DNA of 55,498 nucleotides from Octopus bimaculoides (taxonomy: Eukaryota). The stretch lies in the NCBI RefSeq assembly GCF_001194135.2, contig NC_068986.1:109348805-109404302 (forward strand). The letters are read 5' to 3'. Below are positions 1-13,494 of this stretch, piece after piece. The number at the start of each line of letters is the position of its first letter. Position 1 is the stretch's first letter. The notes under the pieces were generated by a model. The model was given only the letters and a program-made list of their open reading frames with translations. It did no database searches and was not told where the DNA came from. The translations under genes were made by a program, and so were the position numbers.

Positions 1-599
1 AAAAACACATATCCAGGTTGGAGGGGTGGCAAAGTAGGGGAGTGCATCGTGCTTGAAATTTGAAAGTATTGTTGCTGATGCATGCAGGGGGAGAAGGTTT
101 CCTCCCTAATATTTAAAGCATTACCTCACTTGGGAACAGATGAGGGGTGGTGAAAGGAAGAGCATCCAGCCACAGAAAAATCTGTCTCACAAATTCAGTC
201 CAACCAATACAAGCATGGAAAGGTGGACATTAAAATGATGACGATGACACACACAAACATACACACACACACACACATACATATATACATCCACACATGC
301 AAAGTGCTCCAGCATGGTCACAGTCTAATGACTGAAACAAGTATAAAGAAAAGATGTAAACATACACACACACACATGTATACATATGTGCACACACATA
401 CACTATGTATGTGTGTGTGTGTGTGTGTATATGCAACGTATACTGTAAACTAAGGAAGCACACTTCACAATAAGAATACCTGTGAATTTCCTTTATAGAA
501 ACTTCTAAGTCTCCATAAACGTAGTTGACAGCTTCTGTTATCGAGGTGACCTAATTAACAGTAGAGGTGGATGACCTAATAAGCAGAGGAGGTAGCCGC

Positions 600-810
600 T
601 CCCAAGAGTAAGAAAACAACTGATATAGGGAACGATTATCTCTGTTAGTAAGAAAGGGATTCTCTCCGTCTGAGCAGGGAGTAGATTGTATGATGTTCGT
701 GAATGAAGCGTGAAGTTACATGGCAACAAAATAAGGGCATTGAATGAAGAGGATTTGTGGAGAGAAAGAGGAAAAGTATGCTTGATTGGATGTGTAAGAT
801 TAGTCGTCTA
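600..810 (+). mobile_element. Decayed RTE-clade LINE ORF fragment
   Basis: Translates to a broken KGFS...GRLYD...LHG...CLIGC segment, similar to the RT C-terminal region in other RTE fragments here. Confidence 0.5.
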
Positions 811-823
811 TAAAGGTGACAGA

Positions 824-1166
824 GTAGAAGTGAGTTGAGTCCCAGTGCCGTCTGAATGGCTCCTGTGCTGGTGGCACATAAAAAGCACCCACTACACTCT
901 CGGAGTGGTTGGCATTAGAAAGGGCATCCAGCTGTAGAAATCTTGTCAGATCAGATTGGAGCCTGGTGCAGCCTTCTGGCTTGCCAGTCCTCAGTCAAGG
1001 ACTTTCTAATGCCAACCAATCCGAGAGTGTAGTGGGTGCTTTTTATATGCCGCCGGCACAGGAGCTAGTCATGTGGCACTGGCATTGACCACGCTTAAAT
1101 GGTGCTTTTTACATGCCATTGGCACAGGGGCCATTCAGGTGGCACTGGGACTCAACTCACTTCTAC
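824..1166. mobile_element. Foldback pair of RTE 3'-UTR (family A) fragments
   Basis: gtagaagtgagttgagtcccagtgcc at 824 is inverted at 1166; both arms contain family A sequence. Confidence 0.75.
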
Positions 1167-2007
1167 TTCCTGATCTTTGGTTTTCACCATAGATTCTCAT
1201 GTCTTCATTTGTAGATGTCTTCGCCTTCAATTGTTCAGTGCATCTGTACTCAAGTGTCATCCACAAAAAAATACACCAAATATCTGGAACCAACACAGGC
1301 TTCTCTTTTGCACACATTTCATTCCTTTCCTCCTCCTCCTCATTGTTTAACGTCTGCTTTCCAGAGAGAATCACAGAAGGTCCTCAACTGGCTTATTATG
1401 GAAAACAATTTCCAAGCCGGATTCCAAAAGCGGCAGGAACACGGATAACGGGTGTATTGCTGTGCAAGGGGACTATTTCAAAGGAAATGGGGTTCAAATT
1501 TAGAGAAATAAGCTATTTTTTTTATTAAACATAACTAGTGTGGGAACTTTTTGATGCCACCTTGAATGTAATTGTGGGTATATGTACGTACGACAGTATG
1601 TGAATGAATTGTGTATGGGTGTAACCAAGATTTCAATCAGGGTGGGGAGGTGGATCTCAATTGTTAAAGTAGATCCACCATTAGCCTACTAATTGATGTG
1701 AAACACAAAATTAAAATAAATGTTAGATAATAATTATATTTGCCTGGAACAGAATATAGGGTACTGTGCATGCGCGTGTGTGTGTGTGTGTGTGTTTGTG
1801 TGTGTGAAATTAAGTGTAAACTATTATAATCAGAACACAAAGCCGAGTGTCTTGAGAAAGCTGTGACAGTGACTTCTCTTGAGAAAAGCCGACTTAAATG
1901 ATCAAACAAAAGAAAAAAAGGTGCCACACCATTTTCTATAGTCAGTCACAGATTTATGAAGAAGTCAGTTATGGATGACCAATCATAGCATACGCACACG
2001 TGTGTAG

Positions 2008-2418
2008 ATCTTTTATCTTGTACTTGTTTCAGTCATTCGACTGTGGCCATGCTGCAGCACTGCCTTGAAGGGTTTTAGCTGAACAAAGGGACTTATTTTT
2101 TTAAGCTTTGTAGTTATTCTATCACTTTTTTTTTTGCCAAACTGCTAAGTTACAGGGACATAAACACACCAACACCACTTGTCAAGCAGTGGGTGGGGGA
2201 CAAACACAGACACAAACACACGCATACATAAATATATATACACATACATACATAAACACACACACACACACGCACAATGGGATTCTTTCAATTTCTTTCT
2301 ACCAAATCCACTCACAACGCTTTGGCCAGTACAAGACACTTGCCCAAATGGCATACAGTGGAACTGAACCTAGAACCATGTGCTTGAGAAACAAACTTCT
2401 TACTACACAGGCACGCCT
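2008..2418 (-). mobile_element. tRNA-headed SINE family B
   Basis: Head ggcgtg.ctgtgtagtaag..gttt...cacatggttc..ggttcagt, ccttgggcaagtgt core, internal (TA/CA)n, tail actgaaacaagta. Confidence 0.8.
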
Positions 2419-2553
2419 GTGCATATATATATATATATATATATATAATCATCATCATCGTTTAATGTCCGCTTTCCATGCTAGCATGGGTTGGACGATT
2501 TGACTGAAGACTGGTGAACCAGATAGCTGCACCAGGCTCCAATCTTGTCTATA

Positions 2554-2617
<64 letters not shown>

Positions 2618-2853
2618 TAACTGTATGCACGTATGTATGTATATATGGGAGGTAGTGATGAGGTGAGGTGTGAGAGAAATTGTAAAGAAGTCACAGATTT
2701 CAATAACCTTGCTGTGGTTTTGTTCCTTTGTCGGTGAGTCGTTTCTTGTTGATGTTTAACTAAGTCTACAATGAGAAACAAGGTGAATGGAAGGTGAAAG
2801 GTGAGATTACCCAAGAAAGAAAGAAAGAAAGAAATGGTGTGGGTAGCAGAAGG

Positions 2854-2943
2854 GGTTGGTTTGTCGGTTGGTTGGTTTGTCGGTTGGTTGGTTTGTCGGT
2901 TGGTTGGTTAGTCGGTTGGTTGGTTGGTTAGTCGGTTGGTTGA
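2854..2943. repeat. (GGTT)n-derived tandem repeat, ~16-bp unit ggttggttggtttgtc
   Basis: Direct reading. Confidence 0.9.
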
Positions 2944-3183
2944 CTGATGTAACTAAAGCAGAAACTAGTAAGACTGTCTGAACATAAGTGATTGCTGTTC
3001 ATCAGAGAAGTACACTATACACAAATATATTATCGTTTACCATTCCATGTTGGCCTGGGTTTGATGGTTTGGCTGAAACTCGTAAGCTGGAGAGCTGCAC
3101 CAGGTTCCAGTTTGATTTGCCATGGTTTCTCCAGCTGGATGACCTTCCAAGAGTGCTTTTTACATGCCAGTTAATTGACACCA

Positions 3184-3563
3184 GTGGAGGTGCAATAGCC
3201 CAGTGGTAAGGGCAGCGAACTCGCGGTCATAGGATCGCGGTTTCGATTCCCAGACCGGGCGTTGTGAGTGTTTATTGAGCGAAAAAAAAACACCTAAAGC
3301 TCCACGAGGCTCCGGCAGGGGATGGTGGCGAACCCTGCTGTACTCTTCCACCACAACTTTCTCTCACTCTTACTTCCTGTTTCTGTTGTGCCTGTAATTC
3401 AAAGGGTCAGCCTTGTCACACTCTGTGTCATGCTGAATATCCCCGAGAACTACGTTAAGGGTACACGTGTCTGTGGAGTGCTCAGCCACTTGCACGTTAA
3501 TTTCACGAGCAGGCTGTTCCGTTGATCGGATCAACTGGAACCCTTGACGTCGTTCCAACAACA
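3184..3563 (+). mobile_element. tRNA-headed SINE family C (~380 bp)
   Basis: Box A/B-like head gcaatagcccagtggtaagggcagcg...ggtttcgattccc; near-identical copies at 23488, 31151 and 36171. Confidence 0.85.
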
Positions 3564-3574
3564 ATTGACACCAG

Positions 3575-3950
3575 CATCAGCCACAGAGTCTTCACAAGCA
3601 CAGCATATCACCAAAGGTCTCAGTCACTTGTCATTGCCTCTGTGAGGCCCAACGTTCATAGAACATGCTTCACCACCTTGTCCCATGTCTTCCTGGGTAT
3701 ACCTCTACCATAGGTTCGCTCCACAGTTAGAGATTGGTGCTTCTTTACACAGCTGTCCTCATCCATACACATCACATGACCATACCAGCACAGTTGTCAC
3801 TCTTGCACATCACATCTGATGCCTCTTATGCCTGACTTTTCTCTCACGACGCTTACACTGTATCGTACATGCACAATGACACTACACATCCAGCAAAGCA
3901 TACTAGCTTCATTTCTTTCAACTAAATGCATGTCCTTGGCAACATACATG
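3575..3950 (-). mobile_element. RTE-clade LINE ORF 3' fragment
   Basis: Reverse frame gives WYGHVMCMDEDSCVKK...GRGIPRKTWDKVVK, the RTE C-terminal motif. Confidence 0.75.
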
Positions 3951-4145
3951 CATTCATCTATATTTGTAATAATAAAATCAAAATGACTATTAGGTTTGAC
4001 TTTATTATAACTAGTACGACCTGATGCCAGTACAAATCAGCCAGTCTTGACTCCACTTATGAGCAGACCCTAACAACAATTCAACGTAGTTTGTTATATT
4101 TGACTCAAGTCAAAAATTCTGGTACTATGCACCACTTCTTAACAC

Positions 4146-4990
4146 ATCATCATCATCATCATTTAACGTCCGTTTTCCATGCTGGTATGGGTTGGGTGGC
4201 TTGACAGGAGCTGACAAGTCAAAGAGCTGTGCCAGGCCCCAATTGTTTTTTTTGGCATTGTTTTTATGGCTGGATGCTCATCCTAACGCCAACCACTTTA
4301 CAGAGTGTACTGGGTACTTTTTCTGCACAGGTACTTTTTACCTGGCACAGCACCAGAGATTTTTATGTGGCACCGGCACCAGCTGGGTCACCCACTACAC
4401 TCTCGGAGTGGTTGGCATTAGGAAGGGCACCCAGCTGTAGAAACTCTGCCAAATCAGGACTGGTGAAGCAGATGGCTACACCAGGCTCCAATCTGATTTG
4501 GCAGAGTTTCTACAGCTGGATNNNNNNNNNNNNNNNNNNNNNNNNNNNNNNNNNNNNNNNNNNNNGCTGGATGCCCTTCCTAACGCCAACCACTCCAAGA
4601 GTGTAGTGGGTGCTTTTACGTGCCACCTGCACGAGGGCCAGTCAGGTGGTACTGGCAACAGCCACGCTCAAAATGGTGTATTTTATGTGCCACCTGCACA
4701 GGAGCCAGTCCATTGACACTGACAACGATCTCGCTCGAATGTCTTTTCATGTGCCAGGAAAGCGACGCTGGTAACGATCACGCTCAAATGGTGCTATTTA
4801 TGTGCCACCGGTACAGAAGCCAGACAGCTGCTCTGGCAACAATCACGCTCAGACGGTGCTCTTTGCACTCCACTGATACAGGTGCCATCACAATTTCGCT
4901 TTCGCTTGCCCCAACAGGTCTTCACAAGCCGAGTTTAGTGTCCAATGAAGGAGACGTTGGCATGGGTGCCAGTCGTCGAACTAAACCAAA
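4146..4990 (-). mobile_element. Family A copies (RTE LINE 3' end) with tandem-unit array, (GAT)n tail and an N-gap
   Basis: ggttggcgttaggaagggcatccagctgtagaaa core, catcatcat at 4146, repeated gcacgtaaaagcacc-type units. Confidence 0.8.
4522..4564. other. Assembly gap (others: 15974-15983, 20252-20372, 23364-23487, 45445-45560)
   Basis: N runs. Confidence 1.
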
Positions 4991-6153
4991 AACAGACAAG
5001 AGAACCTGGTTTGGCTCCCGGCCTTGTCAGCTGCTGGTACACCATCCATTGCATACTAGCGCAGAAAACGAATGTTAAATGATGATATCATTTAATGTCC
5101 CTTTTCCCATGCTGGTATGGGTAGGACGGTTTGACAGGAACAGGCAAAGTTAGAAAACTACATCAAGTTCTACAGTCTGTTTCGAATTGGCTTCTACAGC
5201 TGGATGCCCTTCCTAACACCAACCAATTTACTCTCCACGTGGCACCAGCAGCAGTGTGGTTACCAAGTAACTTGCAGGACAAGACTTCACAAATTGGGGG
5301 GGGGGGGTAGCCTTGAGGGACAGAGAAGGTGTCTTGCATTATAAGAGAAACCTGGTGAAGATGTGATGGACAAGGGGCAGGAGCCCGTCCAACCAAGTTA
5401 CAGGGTGATGCATATAGTGGAGTGGACAGGGCACTGGAGATATCTTTGCTGTGTTACAGCTATATATGTATATATGCATATGGTGTATGCATGCATGTAT
5501 GTCCACATGATTAGCCATGCACACACACACAGGTCTGCATGTGGCATTTTTGTATTTGTACAGAAAAAGCATAGATACATTGAGTTATTTCCCTTGGCTC
5601 AGTTTTTTTTTCTTATGCATGTGGTCATCGTGTTCATAATCGTGTGCGCGTGTGTGTGTGTTTGTATTTCCATAGGTATGTATGTATGTGTGTGTGTCCA
5701 GCAGTGATACTGGGTTATTTCCCTTTGTTCCTGGAGTCCAGGACACGAGCTATCAAATGGGTTGAAATCAACCACCAGACATATTTCCCTTTGTCAGATT
5801 CATCTAAGAAATGGTCAAAGGACAAAGGACTCGAAACAGAGTGAGGAAATTCTATAAACTTGAAACTACAAAGTGAGGCATATAAACCTCCCATATTCTA
5901 CATAGCCATTAATGTGGCATCAGTAAATTTAGGCAGGTGATAACAGTGTCTTCATGAAGCTATTTTAGATTCTCTTTCTTCCATTACCTTCATGGTTTAG
6001 GCTGATAGACACTGTATCCTTGGGATGGTCTTTTGTTGACCCCTACATATAAGCCCACACATTGACTATTTACTCCAATTTCTGCCATTGCCCAGTGTCA
6101 TTTCAAACAGGAATGGACCAAGTTATTCTGATAAAGGTGATATAATCACTTAC

Positions 6154-6257
6154 CTGAAGTAATCGCTGGTTTTCTCGAAACCTTTCGATTGGATCATCAA
6201 ATTGGTTATAATGCTGTAGAACTGACCGTACATCCTCAACGCCAGACATTGACAAAG
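6154..6257 (-). CDS. TIMM50: Tim50 coding exon 9 ((T)LSMSGVEDVRSVLQHYNQFDDPIERFRENQRLLQ); terminal exon not found in window
   Basis: GVEDVR.VL.HY...DDP motif; ttacag/gtaagt; 104 nt, phase 1 to 0; follows a 14.6-kb intron. Confidence 0.95.
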
Positions 6258-8444
6258 CTGTAAGAAATAATGGATTATATTTTTTACTCATAAACATACA
6301 AATTTACAGGAGACAGACATAAGATAATATAATACGCTCATGCTTTTCCCAGGAGTATCAATAATATAAGTGATGAGTTCTAGCGCCATCTGGAAATTGC
6401 AGCTGAGATTCTTGGTGTGGTTCACTGCAAAACTTATCTGCTACTCCACAATGCCCGCTAAATCTGTAAAAACTCTGGTTTTTTGTCACAGGTCCAAATC
6501 TTTTGTGGGATAGATGTATCAAATTGACTGTATGTAACCCTGGTGTGAATGAACATCTAAATCAAACCCAGTTTGATTTGAACTTGAAATGACAAGTGAC
6601 AACTAGAGGATATTTAATTCATCACTACAGTGATTCTCTGCTGAAGAGGCATATTGGAAAATGTTAGGAACAAAGAACCAAATCAGAGAAATGGGAAAAC
6701 AAAACAAAATTAGCAAACAAACTAAAGTGTGCATTCAATTAAAAGAGATAAATCTACAGAAAATTAGCAGTAAACGATTACGTCTGTGTTGTTTACTGTT
6801 TAATAAATGGTGGGATTACTTCTTTGCTTGGAAACATGTAAAAGATGGTGTATAGGTAGTTGACCATAGAAAATTGTGTCCCAACATTGGCAGCTGGTCA
6901 ATAGAAAACTGTGTCCTTGCAAGCATGCACAAGTAGATGTTAAAACAATGCAGCTGATCACACACACACACACAATGGCCTTCTTTCAGTTTCTGTCTAT
7001 CAGGTCCATTCCCAAGGCTTTGGTTAGCTAGGGGTTATATTAAAAGACACTTCTCCAAGGTGTCGCACAGCAAGACTGAACCCAAAACCATGTGCATCAG
7101 CTCTGAAACTTTTAACTACACAGCTATATAAGAGGCACAAAGGTAACGGATATTTATATATTATATTCAAGTTAGCTTACACGATTCTTGTAAGGTTGGA
7201 GAGTCATAGATCCAGAGTACAACAATCCCATTTATTAATTGATCCCATAATTGATCAATTGAATAAAATAGAAAACAAATTAAACTTCATTTATTACAGG
7301 AACGATTAACAAATGTGACTATTTTACTAGGAAACTCTTCAGCCTTAGCCGGAAGAAAAGAAATAAACACCCACTACTTTTGTGCCCTTTTTTATAATAC
7401 TCCGTAATGACATACCAATTTTACTTGGTGACTAAACTTCAGATTTACAAATTGAACTGGTGATGGTTTGATAAAGTACAGATTACCTGGATTTCTGTCT
7501 GTTAAAGGTCAATTTTGCTAGCCTTTGTTAGTTTATTTTTTGTCACAGAAAGCTTATAAAGTATTTCACCCAGATCCTTAATCCCTTTGTCATATGTTAA
7601 ATGTACATACATACATATTATACACAGACATGGTATATATTTATTTAGAAACATGTGCTAAACTTACAGAATATTCTTTCTTTTTCTCTATCTTACCCTA
7701 TTTCATACTTTTACGTCCCCCCCCTCTTCCTATTCATGTCTTTATTCTCCCACACTATCTTTCACTCGCTCCCTCACACATCAATCAATCAATCAATCCT
7801 CTTATTTTCACCCTTAATTTTTCTACCTAAACAATGCAGTGTGCACAATTTCTCTTCCCTCCTTTCTTTATCTTCCTGTGACATTATCATCATCACTTAA
7901 CATCCATCTTCCATGCTATAGAAATCCACCTATATATTGAAAGAAATCATAAAATCTCTCTCGCCACTGATATTTCAGGGTGTGCATTTGTGTGTGAGTT
8001 TATTCTTTTCTTACTTTTATCCCATTTTAATGATTGCCTGAGAATCTCCTTCTCTGTCACACTCTTTTCTTTCCTTATCTTATCCCCTCCTACTCCTGTT
8101 CAGAGTGAGCAAGACAGGAGACAGAAAGAGAGAGAAAGAGGAAGAAAGAAATGTGTGTGATGGTGTACTTTCCAATTGGCCGCACTGACCCAACACAACA
8201 TGTTATTCATATGGAAAAGTACCCATGCTGGGGCCAGGTAGAAAAGCACCCATGCCAGTGCTACATAATAGCACCCAGTCTAAAAACATACAGTTTCGTT
8301 ATTGAAATCTCAAAGCTACAAGACAAATGCATGATTAATTGCAAAACAATGTGAACCGATAAGCAATGTACTTGACAGAGCAATCTGAATGCTGAAGAGC
8401 TAAGAAACTCTGTTCTTTAATGAAATCCAAATAGATTAAATATT

Positions 8445-8670
8445 CCTTACTCTTTTACTTGTTTCAGTCATTTGACTGCGGCCATGCTGGAGCACCGCCT
8501 TTAGTCGAGCAAATCGACCCCGGACTTATTCTTTGTAAGCCTAGTACTTGTTCTATCGTTTCTCTTTTGCCGAGCCACTAAGTTACGGGGACGTAAACAC
8601 ACCACCATCGGTTGTCAAGCGATGTTGGGGAGACAAACACAGACACACAAACATATACACACACATGCAC

Positions 8671-8708
<38 letters not shown>

Positions 8709-8870
8709 TACGACAGGCTTCTTTCAGTTTCCGTCTACCAAATCCACTCATTAGGCTTTGGTTGGCCCAAGGCTATAGAAGACACTTGCCCAAGGTGCCA
8801 CCCAGTGGGAATGAACCCAGAACCATGTGGTCGGTAAGCAAGCTACTTACCACACAGCCACTCTTGCACC
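8445..8870 (-). mobile_element. SINE family B, full length
   Basis: Tail ttttacttgtttcagtcatttgactgcggccatgctggagcacc through head ccacacagccactc. Confidence 0.85.
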
Positions 8871-9029
8871 TATAAATTGAAAACATTTTCTCTATTTTTG
8901 TCTAATACATGACTTCATGTATTATTGTTGTTGCAGTTTAGTCCGAGATGAGCCTCAACTGAGCGAACCGAGTATCAAAGGCCCTCCACCATGGCCATCC
9001 TGCCTTTTTTCAAGATTAGTGGTAAAGGT

Positions 9030-9290
9030 ATTTGGCTCATGATCACAAGGTCAGGAGCTCGATTCCTGGTGACACGTTGTGCACTTCAGCTGGCAAAAAT
9101 GAGTTCTACCTGTATTTGAAAGGGCCAGAATTGTCACATTCTGTGTAAGCTGAATCTCTTTGAGAACTACATTAGGGGTACCCATGTCTGTGGAGTACTC
9201 AGCTACTTGCGCATGTTAATTTCATGAGCAGGCTGTTCCATTGACCGAATCAACTGGAACACTTGTCATAGTAACCAACAGAACCCCGTC
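9030..9290 (+). mobile_element. Diverged family C-related SINE
   Basis: gagaactacattaggggtacccatgtctgtggagtactcagc...gagcaggctgttcc body. Confidence 0.6.
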
Positions 9291-10402
9291 AAATCTAGAA
9301 CTAAATTATTCAAATGGTCCCTCTCTTTTTCAAGTGCCAAAATGTGATATATGAAATATTTGGCTGCTGTTTCTAACAGGCTGCTTCATTGGCCAGGAGT
9401 CCCATGGTGAGGGCTCCCTGCTGCAACTAGATTATTCACAACAATGAGATTGAGTTTAATGTAAGAGAAAACAAGGAATGAGCAGAGTGGAAGGAGAAGA
9501 TGACCCTAATAAATGGTATTACTTGATATCTCTTAATTACTAATAGGGTTATTAGTGAAACAATACAGGAGGGAAAAAGCCAAACACATAAGAACTATAA
9601 CAAAAAATCTCCCCCATTTATTATGAGGGAGTTAACCCTTCCTAAATTACCAGAGTCTGTTTGTCATAAAAATTAGAAAGAAAATGTCAAAATAGCAATT
9701 TGTGTAACAGCAGAACTGTGGGATTTTGTAGACTCATCAAATAAAGAAATAGAATATATTCCATAGACCCCTTTAAAAGCTATTCAGAAGTTGATGAATG
9801 AATTATGCGAAAAGGGAAATTTATCCAAAAATAAATAAGAATAAAAAGAAACAAACATGTGATTGGTCAGATTTGTTTGACGAATTTGGAATTTAATGAA
9901 ACTAAAGGAAAAATCAAAATAAAATAAATTTAAAAATAAAGTTTTCTGTTAATACTCTCCATTTCAGTATTGCTAGAAATAGCAGTCAAATATACATAGA
10001 AATAATATGTTAGCTAATGTGACCTTTGACAGCACCAACAGTGATAGGTTGGTCACAACTAGAATGTCATTGATTGTAGGTGCGCTCAGTCAGAACTTAC
10101 TTGGAGTTAAATATCAACAACAATAATTAACGATTAGAAATCATTAAGACTAGACATCACTTAAAGAGATGTGGCCTATTTTACAACATTGGTGCCAGCC
10201 TCAATTTCATGGGAAGGGAGAATGGGTGTTTAAGACTTTTCTATTTTACTCTCAGAGGCATCAGCCACGTAAATAAAGTGAAATGGTTTCAACCAAGAAT
10301 TAAATGTGGGTTCCAAACCCCATTTGACACCCTCGTATGCTTCATCTTCTCTAAAGAATTTAACAAGTGAAATGGCAGGATCATTAAGGTGTAACAAAGA
10401 AT

Positions 10403-10700
10403 CATCATCATCATTTAACGTCTTCTTTCTATGCTAGCATGGGTTGGACGATTTGACTGAGGACTGGTGAAACCAGATGGCTACACCAGGCTCCAATCTG
10501 ATTTGGCAGAGTTTCTACAGCTGGATGCCCTTCCTAACGCCAACCACTCCGAGAGTGTAGTGGGTGCTTTTACGTGTCACCCGCACAAAGGCCAGTCAGG
10601 TGGTACTGGCAGCGGCCAGGCTCGAAATGGTGTATTTTACGTGCCACCTGCACAGGGGCCAGTCCAGGGGCACTGGCAATGAACTCACTCAAATGACATT
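10403..10700 (-). mobile_element. Family A (RTE 3' end)
   Basis: Close to the local family A consensus, (CAT)n at left end. Confidence 0.85.
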
Positions 10701-11094
10701 TCATGTGCCAATGAATTCAAATAGCATCACAAACTTTGTTAGGGTCAATACCAGCCCAGCCGAGCCCTAAGGGTCAATTCTCTCTTTGTATTGTACCAGT
10801 AATTCAAAAGGACCATTCTAATCAAGTGATGCTGGTTCAATCTGCGAATTATGTTAAGGATACATGTGTCTGTAGAAGCCTCAACCATTTACATGCTAAT
10901 TTCACAAGAAGAAGGAATTCAAATGGTTGAGCTCACTGTCAAGACTCATAGAGAATCCAGCACCTTTAAGAATATTGGAGTGGAAGAGTTAACTTCGGTA
11001 GTGTTAAAATTCTGATGGGTATACTGAGCTTTGTATATTTTAACCCCAGTGTCACTTTGATGGCATGCATTGCTCTCTCACTCAATAATGATAA

Positions 11095-11205
11095 TGTAAA
11101 GCAAAGTCGACCACAGCAGAATTTGAACTCAGAATGTGAAGACAGACGAATTACTAGTAAGCATTTTGCCCAGCATGCTAATGATTCTACCAGCTCACCA
11201 CCTTA
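11095..11205 (-). mobile_element. SINE family D head fragment
   Basis: agtcgacc.cagcagaatttgaactcagaa...ctaatgattctaccagctcacc. Confidence 0.7.
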
Positions 11206-11526
11206 ATAATAATAATGATGATGATATTAATGATAATAATAATAATGGTGATGATGATGATGCCAGAGAGCTGAAGAGATTGTGGAAGATTAAGACACCA
11301 ATTATTCCTGTAGTAATTGGTGCATTTGGCACAACACCCAAAATGCTACGTAAAAGACTGAAAGAAATTGGAATTGAATCTCGTATGGATGACTTGCAGG
11401 AATGTACCATTGTATATTCTGTAAGAATTCTAAGGAAGATTCTTGAGATTTGAGGAGACTAGTTGTCATCTAATCTCAAGATAAAATACCTGTTAATGAA
11501 ATCAGTATACACTAACGTGATAATGC

Positions 11527-12172
11527 AGTTCTATATTTAAGAGATGAAGAATTATGGATATTATTTACATTTGACGGATATTTGTTCTCATCTTGTTTGT
11601 TGTTAACACGTTTCGGCTGGTATACCCTCCAGCCTTCATCAGGTGTCTTGGGGAAATTTTGAACCTGGGTTCTCATTCCTAAGGTATTTTTCAATGTTGT
11701 TATTATTATTCTGGTCACTGCCTTGAATTGAACTTGGAATCTTGGGGCTAGTAGCCCACGCTCTTAACTACTATGCCATATGCCCGTGGGCAATTATGGA
11801 GTGAATTTTAGGGTTTATAAATTTAATATCTTTTTTTTTGGGGGGGGGGGGGCTATAAATCTAAAAAAGGATAGGAAAATATTAGATTTATAAGCCCTAA
11901 AATTCACTCCATAATTGCCCACGGGGATATGGCGTAGTGGTTAAGAGCACGGGCTACTAACCCCAAGATTCCGAGTTCAATTCCAAGCAGTGACCTGAAT
12001 AATAATAATAATAGCAATAATAACAACAACAACAACAACAACAACATCGAAAAAAATACCTTAGGAATGAGAACCCAGGTTCGAAATTTCCCCAGGACAC
12101 CTGATGAAGGCTGGAGGTATATCAGCCAAAACGTTGATGACAAATATCCGTCAAATGTAAATAATGTATATG
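11527..12172. mobile_element. Family E locus 1: head-to-head inverted pair of tRNA-headed, hammerhead-bearing units
   Basis: About 300-bp arms; both hammerheads mutated (3-nt deletion; GAAA to AAAA); no clear TSD. Confidence 0.85.
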
Positions 12173-13494
12173 ACACTGGGTAAAACATTCACACCACAAA
12201 CATAAACAAAAGAGGCTCTATTTGGTTGCTTGACCTGTTAGAAATAACAGCAAAACCGCCCTGAAATCATACCCAATTGTCTTTTTAAAACTTTAAAAAA
12301 AGACACATTGGAAAATAGAGCCCGAGATAAAAATAAATAAATAAATAAAGCACAGGTTAATTAAGTTTGGAACAACTTTAATCATAAATCTGTTCAATCA
12401 AGACTGAGCAACAAGAACTATGGAGTTTAAAAACCAATTAGTTACTTGAGATGATAGGGTTTCACACTATCATGTAGTGTATACCATATAAGGTTACACA
12501 ATGCTTCACTGTTCCAAACGAGTTGTGGTGGTGGTGGTGGGGAAGAGGATGTGGTAGTAGAGGTTGGGTGAATAAATGATGATGCAAAATCTAGTTTATA
12601 TTCTTGGATGTGAAAGAGAAATTTATATGTTCCCCAGGGAGACATAGGTTAAACAGGTTTATATGAATTAAAAGAGACATCAATTAGACAGGTTTGTATT
12701 AATTAAAGATATACATTGCTAAGTGGGGAACGGAGGAGGGGTAGTGTTCCAGTTGGCTGAACTTACGTGCAGTTAATTTATCATGGCATCAAATGAAATA
12801 GATTGAATGCAACAAGTAGGGGAAGGATAACTTTGCACAAAGTGAACTTTGTAGCCTAGATTTTCTGTCCAAGATCGGACATCACAGAAATTGCATTTGT
12901 TGGGGTTTTTTTTGGTTTTTTTTGCAGTTTAATAATTGTACCGGTGCCGTGTAAAAAGCACTTGTGCCAGTGCCACAAAGTGTTAATATATTTAATGCAG
13001 TGAGCAGGAAAATGCTAATCAGAAAATAATTACTCCAAGGACAAATATTATTCTAGTTACTTCACAAAAGTACAAGAAACAACTACGAGTGTCTATGTTC
13101 ATCTTATCTGAATTCTCCAGAGAAACAGAGACCTTACAATAATACTTTACCAAAATTATGATGAGAGAATCACTGAATAAAAGCATAATACTGTACACTA
13201 ATTAATATGGAAAATTAATAAATTTCAGATAATTACAGTTGAAAAACTACTCAGAGACACCACTATTTTAGTAGGGGGGGGGTATCTTCTTTTATCCTGA
13301 AATACGTGTATACACCCCTTACCTAGTTTTCTGTCTTCAATCATATTGTTTACATAGACGTATTCTTATACAAAACATCATAACTTTCAGTTCTGGCTCT
13401 GAATTTTACAGAAAATCTGTAGAAATAAACTTAGAAATAATAATGCACGTGATATGATGTGCTTGCGAAGACCTGTTGAGTCAAATGAAATCGA

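Noticed and set aside
4498-5078. Recurrent ORFs containing FLQLDALPNANHSESVVGAF or WLALGRASSCRN
   Set aside because: Chance reading frames through the non-coding family A repeat; stops and frameshifts differ between copies
5612-5730. Candidate terminal TIMM50 exon (ccag GAA CAA AGG...); also 1161-1230 and 1810-1890
   Set aside because: Runs into microsatellite or repeat sequence, weak acceptors and no similarity to Tim50 C-termini; the last exon probably lies outside the window
11925-11997. tRNA gene candidates (heads of families B, C, D, E, F)
   Set aside because: Box A/B motifs are present, but acceptor and T stems do not pair properly and each head continues into a repeated SINE body
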